DNA of 64,000 bases. It comes from Torpedo marmorata. Its lineage: Eukaryota. Shown one piece after another: positions 36,651 through 48,849 of this stretch. Within the stretch, counting starts at the first letter, position 1; every line of letters starts with the position of its first letter. A model generated the notes under the pieces. The model had not been told where the DNA came from. It searched no databases and worked only from the letters and a program-made list of their open reading frames with translations. The DNA is taken from assembly GCA_977017645.1 (NCBI GenBank), contig OZ360221.1, forward strand, positions 215,884,001-215,948,000. The letters run 5' to 3'. The position numbers and the translations under genes are program-made.

Positions 36651-38460
36651 CAATCTACTACTTTAGACATATATTGTTTAGGAACACAAAACGTATCTAT
36701 GCGTGAATAACTCCCATGTACGTTTGAGAAGAAACTAATGTCCCTCCCCTTTGGGTTTCATTGTCTCCATGGGTCTACTAACCCCAGCTCTCCTAACATG
36801 TTATTCAATGTTTTAAATCTTTTTGATTGCTTGTGTCATCCAGCCTCCCATCCAGAACAGCATTAGTCTCCACCGACAATTATCATACCTTTAGCGTTAT
36901 TTGCAATTATATTCGCAATGTCTCCAAAGAAAGAGGAATCATCTTCCATTGGAGCATAAATATTCAGTATCGCTATATCTTTCCCACTTATTGTACCGAT
37001 TACCATGACATATCTCCCCAGTGTGTCTTGGATCACTTTTTCTGCAGAGAAGACTTCACTCCTTTTGAATAAGATGGCCACCTCTCTCCTTTTCCCATAG
37101 GAGGCACGAAATACCTGGCCCATCCACTCACTCTCTCCTGAGCTTTTAATGCTCAATGTCCACCAAATGGGTTTCCTGTATCATTGCCACTCCGCATCCA
37201 AGGTTTTTAAGTTGGCTAAGAATTTTTCTCCTCTTTATTGGGTGATTTAGTCCATGAACATTAAAGCTTACTGTCTTTAAATTAGTCATTATCCAACATT
37301 GTGTATTCTAAAATTTACCTTATGTGCCATTTATGTTTCTTGTTTTGGTCAGCCTGTATATGACTGCGATATCTCAGAAAAAAATTGTAGGACTGTGTCG
37401 CTATGATTCTGCTCCATGTATAAGAAAACATTTGCAAAACCAGCTAATGCAAGAAAAGAAAAGAAGAAAAAAAAGATAGAACAAAAAGGGTACTTGCTAC
37501 CTAAGTGACCCAACTGGACACCCAGAACAAATTGGTGTGCCAGCTCCTTGTACAGAGGAGAAGAGCTGTGATTAGATCTCTCCTGGGTGAGCCCACTTTT
37601 TTTGTGGTTGCAACTAAATGAGGTTGCTCAAAATCCTTCTTTAGGAATCCTAACAGTTATAAAATAAATATCAGGTATAACCCCCTTCTCTGAGAAAACC
37701 CTCTCCAGTCCCTCTCTTAGATATTACTTTTATGTAAAATACAGAAATAAAATACAAAACCAGCCTCATTATATATTGTTAAACATGGCATAGCCAACTT
37801 TCTTTAAAACAACAAACCAAGATATACCGGTATATACACATTTTTTTCCTTGTCTGCTCAATAATGACAATAACCTTTTGTTTTCATTTTCCATTCGACC
37901 CTTCATTTCTGTATTTGTTTCAAACCAGTCTATAGTTCTCCTGTGGTGTCAAGGAAAACGCGAAGATCTTCCTCTAATGGAGTTGACAGTCCTCTCTGCC
38001 CCCTAGTTCCTCTGCTGACAACTGACCAGTGATCCTGTAGCAGTTCTCTATTCAGCTTCTCTCTGGGATCCGTTCTGATGAGGATCCCTATCTTCTCCAG
38101 TGTGGGCGTTGCCTTAGTCAGAGTCTTGAAAGCCTTGACTCCAGGTGTAAATTTTTGATGGGTGTGAGAGTTCAAGTACCTACCGTTGTGGGGAAGTGGG
38201 GGGAAAGGATGTGCGGAAGATTTATCGTGCCATCGGAAATTTGAAACATTTGTTGGACTGAGAAAGCTAATGTCTACACTTTATAATAATTGAAGTATTG
38301 GGTAGGTTGACAGTTTTTTTTTGTATTTGCTGCAAGGCTTCTCAAAAAGAATGTATTTGAAGCCTTCCTTTACAGCCTGTGGCATATTTCTAACTAATGT
38401 TTGGCAGCTGATGCTTTTGAATATGCTTATTTTCTACTTGTTAATTCTGTTTTTCTGCAG

Positions 38461-38571
38461 CGTTGCAGAGAGCTAGTCAGGAATCAGGTGTATAGATCTT
38501 TACTTCAGTCCCACTCCCAAGAGGTTGGGTGGGCGTTCAATTGCCATGTTATCATCCATTGTTGCCCGAAG
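38461..38571 (+). CDS. Candidate internal exon (RCRELVRNQVYRSLLQSHSQEVGWAFNCHVIIHCCPK)
   Basis: TTCTGTTTTTCTGCAG acceptor, AAG|GTAACA donor, 111 nt, open only in phase 0. Confidence 0.4.
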
Positions 38572-39248
38572 GTAACAGGGTGCAGCTGGGAAGACTGTTA
38601 CTCACCATGCTCATGTGATGTAAGGTCATAAAGTTGTACGGTATCAAACAGACCCTTCGGCCCACCACATCTATGCTAATCCTCATGCTAATTCCACTTG
38701 CCTTCATTAATTCTATTTACCTCAATGCCCTGTTCATTCAAGTATCTGTCAAGATATCTCTAAAACGGCATGACTCCTCCTTGCAGAGCCCACAGAGAAC
38801 CTTTTAAAATTATTATTTGGCAATGCTGTCAGTGTAGCAAACCTGTGTTCAAAATGATTATGGAGCATTTTCTTTGTAAACTGCTCATATTCAAAGTTCA
38901 AAGTTCAGATTTATTGTGAGAGTGCAGACATGACATCACATACAACCATGAGATTCTTTTTCCTGCGGGCAAGGCAAATTTCCACTTGTCGGTAGTGCAA
39001 AAAAATTGTACTCAAGGGAAGATGCGTACATAAAAGAGAGAAATGTAAAGAAAAGAGGAAGTGCAAACAAATTGTGCAATACAGAAAATAGATATTCAAT
39101 AATTGCGGTTAGCGCAAGGTTGTTACAGCGCCAGCGACCCGGGTTCGGATCCGGCGCTGTGTAAGCATTTTGTATGTTCTCCCCGTGTCTGCATGGGTTT
39201 TCCCCAGGGGCTCTGGTTTCCTCCCACTGTTCAAAACGTACCAGGGGT

Positions 39249-42200
39249 GACAAGGATGTCCTTTGTCACCAGCATTATTTATTTTGGCGATAGAACCTTT
39301 GGCAGAATTAGTTAGAAAAGATCCTAAAATAGTTGGTATTAAAGTTGGAATGGAAGAACATAAAATTAGTTTATTTGCAGATGGTGTATTGATATATATG
39401 ACAAAATCTACTACATCCTTAGTGCAATTGTCTGTGTTATTGAGAGAATATGGGGAAATATCTGGATATAAAATTAATTCTGATAAAAGTGAAATTATGG
39501 CATTATCACAAGGGGATTATAGTAGATGTAAAGAAATTACACAATTTAAATGGGCAAAGGAAGGAATTAAATATTTGGGAATAAGGGTTGATACAAAATT
39601 GGCTAATTTATACAAATTAAATTATTTACCATTATTTGTGAAAATAAAGAAAGATTTAGAAAATTGGAAAGATTTACCTATAACTTTAATGGGAAGAGTA
39701 AATTGTATTAAAATGAATGTTTTTCCAAGAATTCAATATCTTTTTCAATCAATTCCTTATGAAATTCCTCAAAAAATTTTTAAAGATTTAAATTCAATTA
39801 TTAGAAAATTCTTATGGAAAGGAAAGTTAGCAAGAGTAGGTATGGAAAAGCTAACTTGGAATTATGAAATGGGTGGTTTACAACTTCCTAATTTCCAAAA
39901 TTATTATAAAGCAGCTCAATTAAAATTTGTAAATGAATTTTTTGATTCAACTAAATCTTCTGCTTGGATTAAAATAGAATTAAATAATATAGGAGAAGAT
40001 TCCAAAGAAGAAGTTATTTATAAATGGGATTCTAAATTAATATCAACAAGAATGAAAAATTCTCCTATTCTTAAACATTTGTTAGAAATATGGAATAAGA
40101 CATAAGGAAATAGGAGGAAAAGGATTGATTTTTTCAAGGATGCCTTTATATCAAAATGGACTTATTCCATTTACTATTAATAATCAATTATTTAAAATTT
40201 GGTTTCAAAAAGGAATTAAGAAAATTAATGATTGTTTTAAAGCTGGAAATTTTATTACTTTTCAAAGAATGAAAGATAAATGTAATATATTAGATAATAC
40301 ACTTTTTGCTTATTATCAAATTAGAGCTTTTCTGATTTTTAAAAAAATATTTTATTTAAAATTTTTAAATCACAAAATACATAAAATAAAATATACAGTT
40401 ATGAAATTATTTGTGATACATTTTCACTCCCTCCCTCCCCTCCCCAACCCTCCCAACCCCACTAATCTAATCAAAATATAAAATAAAAATAGAAAAAGAA
40501 GAAAGAGAAAGAGAGAAAAATAGAGTTAGGGGAATGCCAATCTATAAACTACTTCTATTATGGAGGTCAAGTATGCCAGTAGACCCAATACCCAGAGATC
40601 CTCAAATTCTTAAGCCAACAGCTCTCATATATGGGCTCCAAATTTTTAAGAAAAAATGATATTTATTACGTAAATTATAAGTTATTTTTTCAAGTGGTAT
40701 ACATGAACGAAGTTCTGCATGCCATCTTTCTAATCCTAAATCTAAATCAGATTTCCAAGTAATAGCAATGCATTTCTTTGAAACAGCTAAAGCAATTCGC
40801 AAAAATTCTATTTGATACATATTTAATTTCATCTTAATTCTAAATTGTCTAATATCTCCAAACAAAAATATCATAGGATCCATTGGAAACGTAATTTTAA
40901 ATACTTTATCTAAAAAACTTTTAACTTTCAACCAAAAATCATAAACTTTTGAACAAAACCATGTAGAATGTACAAAAGATCCTTCTTCTTTATTACATCT
41001 GAAACACAAACCTGATAATGTCGGATTAAATTTCTTTAATTTTTTAGGTGTTAAATATAATTGATGAAAAAAATTGTATTGTACTAATCTATATCTAACA
41101 TTAATAATCTTCGTCATACTTAATTTAGATAATTCTTTCCAATGATTTTCATCTATTCTTACATTCAAATCTAATTCCAATTTTAATCTTGATTTATGCA
41201 TTCCTACTTTAGGCATTTTCCTCTGAAACAATTTATACATTTGAGAAATAAATTTATTAACATCTCCTTTAGTAACTAATAATTCTAATTCATTTTGTCT
41301 TGGCAAAATCAAAGCCTAACCTAATTTCTCAATCAAAAAAGCTCTAATTTGATAATAAGCAAAAAGTGTATTATCTAATATATTAAATGTATCTTTCATT
41401 CTTTGAAAGGTAATAAATTTCCCAGCTTCAAAACAATCATTAATCTTCTTAATTCCTTTTTGAAACCAAATTTTAAATAATTGATTATTAATAGTAAATG
41501 GAATAAGTCCATTTTGATATAAAGGCATCCTTGAAGAAATCAATCCTTTTGCTCCTATTTCCTTATCCGTCTTATTCCATATTTCTAACAAATGTTTAAA
41601 AATAGGCGAATTTTTCTTTCTTGTTGATATTAATTTAGAATCCCATTTATAAATAATTTCTTCTTTGGAATCTTCTCCTATATTATTTAATTCTATTTTA
41701 ATCCAAGCAGAAGATTTAGTTAAATCAAAAAATTCATTAACAAATTTTAATTGAGCTGCTTTATAATAATTTTGGAAATTAGGAAGTTGCAAACCACCCA
41801 TTTCATAATTCAAAGTTAATTTTTCCATACATACTCTTCCTAACTTTCCTTTCCATAAAAATTTTCTAATAATTGAATTTAAATCTTTAAAAAAATTTTG
41901 AGGAATTCCATAAGGAATTGATTGAAAAAGATATTGAATTCTTGGAAAAACATTCATTTTAATACAGTTTAATCTTCCCATTAAGGTTATAGGTAAATCC
42001 TTCCAATTTTCTAAATCTTTCTTTATTTTCACAAATAATGGTAAATAATTTAATTTATATAAATTAGTCAATTTTGTATCGACCTTTACTCCCAAATATT
42101 TAATTCCTTCCTTAGCCCATTTAAATTGTGTAATTTCCTTACATCTACTATAATCCCCTTGTGATAATGCCATAATTTCACTTTTATCAGAATTAATCTT

Positions 42201-44103
42201 ATATCCAGATATTTCCCCATATTCTCTCAATAACAGAGACAATTGTACTAAGGATGTAGTAGATTTTGTCATATATATCAATACATCATCTGCAAACAAG
42301 CTAATTTTATGTTCTTCCATTCCAACCTTAATACCAACTATTTTAGGATCTTTTCTAACTAATTCTACCAAGGGTTCTATCGCCAAAATAAATAATGCTG
42401 GTGACAAGGGACATCCTTGTCTAGTAGATCGAGTCAAAGGAAATTTTGAAGAAGTTTGTCCATTTGTAACTACTTTAGCTGATGGTTCTTTATATATAGT
42501 TTTAATCCAATTAATAAATGTATTTCCAAAACCAAATTTCTCCAATACCTTAAATAAAAAATTTCATTCTAATCTATCAAAAGCCTTTTCAGCATCTAAA
42601 GTTAAAACTAATGGTAAGTCTTCCTTCTTTTTATGTAAATTAATTAAACTAATCAATCTGGCTATATTATCTTTTGAATATCTATTTTTAATAAAATCAG
42701 CTTGATCTACATGAATTAAATCTGGTAAATAATTAGTCATTCTATTTGCTAAAATCTTTGCCATTATCTTATAATCTACATTTAATAATGAAATAGGTCT
42801 GTAAGATTCAGTTTTCAGTACATCTCTATCTTTCTTTGGTATAACTGTAATTATTGCATTTAAAAAAGTATCTGGTAAAGAATGAGTTTCCGTAATTTGA
42901 TTCAATACATCCATATATGGAGGTATTAACAAGTCTTTATATTCTTTATAAAATTCTGATGGAAATCCATCATCACCTGGAGATTTACCACTTTTAAGCG
43001 AAGTAAGAACTTCATTAACTTCCCTCATTGAAAAAAGTAAATCTAAAGATTCTCTACTTTGAGTATTCAATTTAGGTAGTGTAATTTTATGAGCTTTTCT
43101 GATTGAGAAATTAGGTTATGCTTTGATTTTACCAAGACAGAATGAATTAGAATTATTAGTTACTAAAGGAGATGTCAATAAATTTATTTCTCAAATGTAT
43201 AAATTGTTTCAGAGGAAAATGCCTAAATGAGGAATTCATAAATCAAGATTAAAATTGGAATTAGATTTGAATGTAAGAATAGATGAAAATCATTGGAAAG
43301 AATTATGTAAATTAAGTATGACGAAGATTATTAATGTTAGATATAGATTAGTACAATACAATTTTTTTCATCAATTATATTTAACACCTAAAAAACGAAA
43401 GAAATTTAATCCGACATTATCGGGTTTATGTTTTAGATGTAATAAAGAGGAAGGTTCTTTTGTACATTCTACATGGTTTTGTCCAAAAGTTTATGATTTT
43501 TGGTTGAAAGTTAAAAAAATTTTAGATAAAGTATTTAAGATTACATTTCCAATGGATCCTATGATATTTTTGTTTGGAGATATTAGAAAATTTAGTATTA
43601 GGATGAAATTAAATATGTATCAAATAGAATTTTTGCGAATTGCTTTAGCTGTTTCAAAGAAATGTATTGCTATTTCTTGGAAATCTGATTTAGATTTAGG
43701 ATTAGAAAGATGGCATGCAGAACTTCGTTCGTGTATACCACTTGAAAAAATTACTTATAATTTACGTAACAAATATCATTTTTTCTTAAAAATTTGGAGC
43801 CCATATATGAAAGTTGTTGGTTTAAGGATTTGAAGATCTCTGGATATCGGATCTACTGGCATGCTTGACCTCCATAATAGAATTAGTTTATAGATTGGCA
43901 TTCTCCTTACTCTATCTTTTTCTTTCTTTTTTCTTCTTCTTTTTCTATTTTTATTTTATATTTTTATTTTTATTAGATTAGTGGGGTTGGGAGGGTTGGG
44001 GAAGGGAGGGGGGGGTGAAAATGTATCACAAATACTTTGATAATTTTATATTTTTTATGTATTTTGTGATTTAAAAATTTTAAATAAAATATTTTTTTTT
44101 TTA
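39249..44103 (+). mobile_element. L1 family A, 5'-truncated (39249-40337 and 43091-44103), split by an antisense copy
   Basis: ORFs 39263..40105 and 43255..43833; 3' UTR; 16-bp TSD. Confidence 0.9.
40338..43090 (-). mobile_element. L1 family A, 5'-truncated, inserted antisense into same-family L1
   Basis: ORFs 42564..43070, 41316..42545 (RQGCPLSP, FADD), 40602..41312; 14-bp TSD GAGCTTTTCTGATT at 40324-40337 and 43091-43104. Confidence 0.92.
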
Positions 44104-44984
44104 AAAACGTACCAGGGGTTGTAGGTTAATTGGCTGTAATTGGACGGCACGGGCTCGTAGGCCAGAAGGGCCTGTTACCGTGCTGTGTGTCTAAATTTTA
44201 CAAAATAAATCATTTGCAAAGTAAGTGTCCTGAAATGAGTCTCTGATTGAGTTTGTTGTTTAGGAGTCTGATGGTGGAGGGGTAGCCACATATGTTCCCA
44301 TGTAAGCATCTGTAAAATGTAAGGTATTCCAAGATTGGCAAAAAAAGTAACACATCTCTTCAGGATGAATTACGAATTGGAAGAGATCATATATCCATGA
44401 CTTTGTTGGTCAACTCAGCTCAGTCAGAGAATCCCATTCACACAAAAGACAGTAGTTCTTTAGATGAATAGAACTGGAACCAAATATTACAAGGCAATGC
44501 TGCAACAGAACAATGGGTAACACTTAAAGAGCAGCTGTTTCAGGTACAGGTGTAGTTCCTACTGGGGAAAAGTAAAGGGAACCAGAAAACTCCCTGGATG
44601 AAAAAGGATTACACAATGTTCAGCACTAGTTTTGGACTGCTCAGATATTGAGAAGGATGTGGATAGTGTCCAGGCCTGGTCTGATTGGTGGTAAGTAACA
44701 TTTGTGCCTCCCAAGTGCCAGCCACCAACAGTATCCAACAGGAGAAAATCCTGCTATCACCCCCTGCAATTCAAAGGTATTACCACCACTGAATCCCTCT
44801 TAATCTTGAGGTTGCCAAACTGGAACTCCAACTGGAGTAGCCAAAAATACACAATGTGGCTACAAGAGACGTCAGAGGCCAGGAATGCTGTAGCAATTAA
44901 CTCATCTCCTAACTTCACAACACCTGTCCACCGTTTACAAGCCTCAAGTGATGGAATACTCCCCACTTGCGGAAGGAGTAGATA

Positions 44985-45335
44985 GAACATATAACACTAC
45001 AGCACAGTACAGGCCCATCGGCCCTCGATGTTGTACCGACCCATATATTCCTTAAAAAAATACTAAACCTTCCCTACCCTGTAACCCTCTATTTTTCTTC
45101 CATCCATGTGCCTGTCTAAGAGTCTCTTAAATGCCCCTAATGTTTCAGCCTCCACCACCATCCCTGGCAAGGCATTCCAGGCCACCACAACTCTGTGTAA
45201 AAAAACGTACCCCTGATGTCTCCCCTAAACTTCCCTCCCTTCACTTTGTACATATGTCCTGTGGTGTTTGCTATTCCTGCCCTGGGAAACAGGCGCTGGC
45301 TGTTCACCCTATCTATGCTTCGCAGAATCTTGAAG
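44985..45335 (-). mobile_element. CR1 3' fragment
   Basis: IDRVNSQRLFPRAG coding end and CR1-type 3' UTR. Confidence 0.75.
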
Positions 45336-45384
45336 ACTACAGTTTCAATATCACTGAAGAAAATGAACAGAATACAGGACTCCC

Positions 45385-46790
45385 TTGTTGGGTTGTAAAC
45401 TCGGCCAGCACCATCATGGGCATTAGTCTTCACTCCATTAATGACATCTTTAAGAGGCGGTGCCTCAAGAAAGCAGCCTCTATCGTCAAGGACCCTCCCT
45501 CACCACCCAGGCCATGCCCTTTTCTCACTGCTACCATCAGGAAGGAGGTACAGGAGCCTGAAGACAAACACTCAACGTTACAAAAACAGCTTCTTCCCCT
45601 CCGCCATCAGAATCAGAATCAGAATTTATTGTCATGAACAAGTCATGAAATTCGGTGTTTGCGGCAGCATCATAGTGCAAACATTCATATTATAACCATC
45701 TTACGACATTACTATAAAAAAATTAAAATAATAATGCACGAAAAGTAAGGCTGTGTCTTTGGTTCATTGATTATTCAGGAATCTGATGGCAGCAGGGAAG
45801 AAGCTGTCCTTGTGACGTTGAGTGCTCGTCTTTAGGCTCCTGTACCTTTTTCCCATTGGTAGCAGAGTGAAGAGGGCATGGCCTGGGTGGTGGGGGTCTT
45901 TGAGGATGGAGGCTGCTTTTTTAAGACACTGCCTCATGTAGATGTCCTCGATGGAGTGAAGTCTGGTGCCTGTGATATCGCAGGCCGAGTTAACAACCCT
46001 CCGGAGTTTATTCTTGTCGTGAGAGTTGGCGCCTCCACACCAGCCAGAATGCTCTCCACGGTACACCTGTAGAAGTTTTCGAGAGTATTCGATGACATAC
46101 TGAATCTCCTCAGACATCTCACAAAATATAGCCGCTGACGAGCCTTCTTTGTGATTGCATCAACGTGGAGGCTCCAGGATAGAACCTCGGAGATGTTGAC
46201 ACCCAGGAATTTGAAGATCTTGACCCTCTCCACTACTGAGCCCTTGATAAGGACTGAGTCATGTTCCCCTGACTTCCTCCTGAAGTCCACAATCATCTCC
46301 TTGGTTTTGCTAACGTTGAGCGCAAGTTTGTTGTCGTTACACCATTCAATGAGCTGATCTATCTCCCTCCTGTACGCTTCCTCATTGCCGTTTGTGATTC
46401 TGCCGACAACTGTGGTGTCATCGGCAAACTTGTAGATGGCATTGGAATTGTGCCTGGCCACACAGTCATGGGTGTATAACGAGTAGAGCAGTGGGCTAAG
46501 CACGTATCCTTGGGGTGCGCCTGTGTTGATTATCAGTGAGGAGAAGATGCTGTTTCCAATTCGTACTGACTGTGGTCTTCTAATGAGAAAGTCAAGGATT
46601 CAATTTCTGAACGAACAATGAACCTATGGACATTACCTCACTTTTTCTCTTTTAGCACTAAATTATTTTTTTTAATTCTTGTATTTACAGAATTGTAATT
46701 TATGTAATTTTTGCAACTTGTTCTGCAGAACACTGCTGCACAAAACAAAAAAAAATTGTAACACATGTTCATGACAATAGACCTGATTCT
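45385..46790. mobile_element. Rex1/Babar (+) 3' fragment split by Rex1/Babar (-) RT fragment 45607-46600
   Basis: ORF 45934..46503 LSPLLYSLYTHDC, KFADDTTVVG, LNVSKTKEMIVDFRR; tails on both copies. Confidence 0.85.
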
Positions 46791-47100
46791 GATTCCTTAC
46801 CCACCACCCCACTAGTCCCAACATCCAACATACCATCCTCCACAATTTACGCCACCTATAACGTGATCCCAGCACCATACACATCTTCTCTTCCCCTTTC
46901 TGCCTTCCACAGGCACCGCTCCCTCCGGGATTCTGTCATCCACTCATCCTTTCCCACTGATCGTCCCCTTGGTACCTACCCCGTGACCACAGGAAATGCT
47001 CCACTTGCGCCCACACCTCCTCCCTCACCACGATTCGTGGCTCCAAACAGTCGTTCCAAGTGAAGCAACATTTCACGTGAATCTGCAGGGGTCATCTACT

Positions 47101-48184
47101 AGAACATAGAACACTACAGCACCTCAATGTTGTGCCGACCCATATATTCCTTAAAAAAATACTAAACCCTCCCTACCCCATAACCCTCCATTTTTCTTCT
47201 ATCCATGTGCCTGTCTAAGAGTCTCTTAAATTCCCCTAATGTTTCAGCCTCCACCACCATCCCTGGCAAGGCATTCCAGGCACCCACAACTCTCTGCGTA
47301 AAAGACTTACCCCGATGTCTCCCCTAAACTTCCCTCCCTTCACTTTGTACACATGTCCTCTGGTGTTTGCTATTCTTGCCCTGGGAAACAGGCGCTGGCT
47401 GTCCACCCTATCTGTGCCTCTCATAATCCTGTAGATCTCTATTGAGTCTCCTCTCATCCTTCTACGCTCCAAAGAAAAAAGTCCCAGCTCCGCTAACCTT
47501 GCCTCATAAGACTTATTTTCCAATCCAGGTAACATCCTGGTAAATTGCCTCTGTACCCTCTCCATAGCTTCCACATCCTTCCTGTAATGAGGTGACCAGA
47601 ACTGAACACAATACTCTAACTGTGGTCTCACCAGAGATTTGTAGAGTTGCAACATGACCTCTCTAGAAGTCAATCCCCCTATTAATGAATAGTAAAACAC
47701 GAAAATCTGTAGACACCGTGGTTGAAGTAAAAAACACAAATGCTGGAGAAACTCAGCAGGTCAAACAGTGTCTTTTATGTAGCAAAGGTAGAAATACATA
47801 ACCGACGTTTCTCATACTTTGATGAAGGGCTCAAGCCCGAAATGTCGGTTATGTATTTCTACCTTTGCTACATAAAAGACACTGTTTGACCTGCTGAGTT
47901 TCTCCAGCATTTGTGTTTTTTACCCCTATTAATGAAGCCCAGCATCCCATAGGCCTTCTTAACTATCCTATCAACCTGTGTGGCGACCTTGAGGGATGTA
48001 TGGATTTGGACCCCAAGGTCCCTCTGTTCATCCACACTCTTAAGTACCAACCATTAACCCTGTACTGAGCCTTCTGGTTTGACCATCCAAAATGCATCAC
48101 CTCATCAATTTCTTTTGTTACCTTCTCAAAAAACTCAATTAAGCTCGTGAGGCATGACCTTCCCTTCACAAAGCCATGCTGACT
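47101..48184 (-). mobile_element. CR1 fragment with internal deletion
   Basis: QHGFVKGRSCLTSLIEFF joined to VMHFG; LEYCVQFWSPHYRKD. Confidence 0.85.
47690..47922. mobile_element. Penelope pLTR fold-back mini-insertion with hammerhead-like core
   Basis: ~84-bp inverted arms 47727-47810 / 47839-47923; loop TTGATGAAGGGCTCAAGCCCGAAA; 14-bp TSD CCCCTATTAATGAA. Confidence 0.8.
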
Positions 48185-48849
48185 ACTGTATCCGGCACTC
48201 CCATTGTGGCCTCCTCTACATCGGAGAGACTGGGCGCAGACTGTGAGATCGTCTCGTTGAGCATCTTCCCTCTGTCCGATGCAAAAACAGGAACCTACCA
48301 GTGGCCAACCATTTCTATTACACGCACTATTCACACACTGACATGTCTGACCAAGGCTTCATGCGCTACCCAACCCAGGCTACCTGCAAATTGGAGGATC
48401 AACACCTAATATTCTGTCTCTGCACTCTCCAACCGGACGTCATTAACATCGACTTCTCCAGCTTCCGTTAAACCCCTTCCCCGAGTCTTGTTCCCTATCC
48501 CTGTCTCCTTCCCTCCAGCTTCCCACCCCATCCCTCTCCATTCAGAGAGCTACCCCCTCCCCCAATCGCTTGTCAGCCTTTTTCTCTTCTGCCCTCCCAC
48601 CCATATCCTCCTATGACCTCTTGCCTGTTGGCCTGTAATCCTCCCCCTTGTTCCCTCCTCTTTTCTCCTCTCCCCACCTTTTCATTCAGGTGCGTGCTTG
48701 CTATTTGCTCATACCTTGATGAAGGGCTCATGCCCTCCAGCACTTTAGTGCACTGCAAAACAAGTAAGAGAATTGTAAAAACACAATGCTGGAGAAACTC
48801 AGCGGGTGAAACAGTGTACTTTGGGACTGTCAATTGCTTTAAACCACAG

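Larger units (their letters stand above)
19104..38142 (-). mobile_element. 5'-truncated L1-clade LINE (family B: ORF1 end, spacer, ORF2 EN-RT-zf) expanded to 19 kb by nested insertions
   Basis: TSD AGGTGTAAATTTTT at 19090-19103 and 38143-38156; ORF2 ATG at 37289 (MTNLKTVSFNVHGL); EN NIYAP/GGDFN; RT KSPGTDG, YRPISLL, RQGDSLSP, FADD. Confidence 0.9.
39103..44205 (+). mobile_element. V-SINE split by L1 (39103-39248 and 44104-44205)
   Basis: 16-bp TSD AAAACGTACCAGGGGT at 39233-39248 and 44104-44119. Confidence 0.88.
38891..44290 (-). mobile_element. Rex1/Babar 3' fragment (38891-39102 and 44206-44290) hosting a SINE and two L1s
   Basis: Same 3' UTR as 19996-20300; continuous across the inserts. 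Confidence 0.7.
46795..48735 (+). mobile_element. Penelope-like fragment (46795-47100 and 48185-48735) split by CR1
   Basis: GIY-YIG region homologous in reverse to 8864-9187; pLTR start at ~48700. Confidence 0.75.

Noticed and set aside
39249-44103. Twin-priming 5' inversion of one L1
   Set aside because: Inner segment has its own TSD and 3' tail and duplicates sequence of the outer copy
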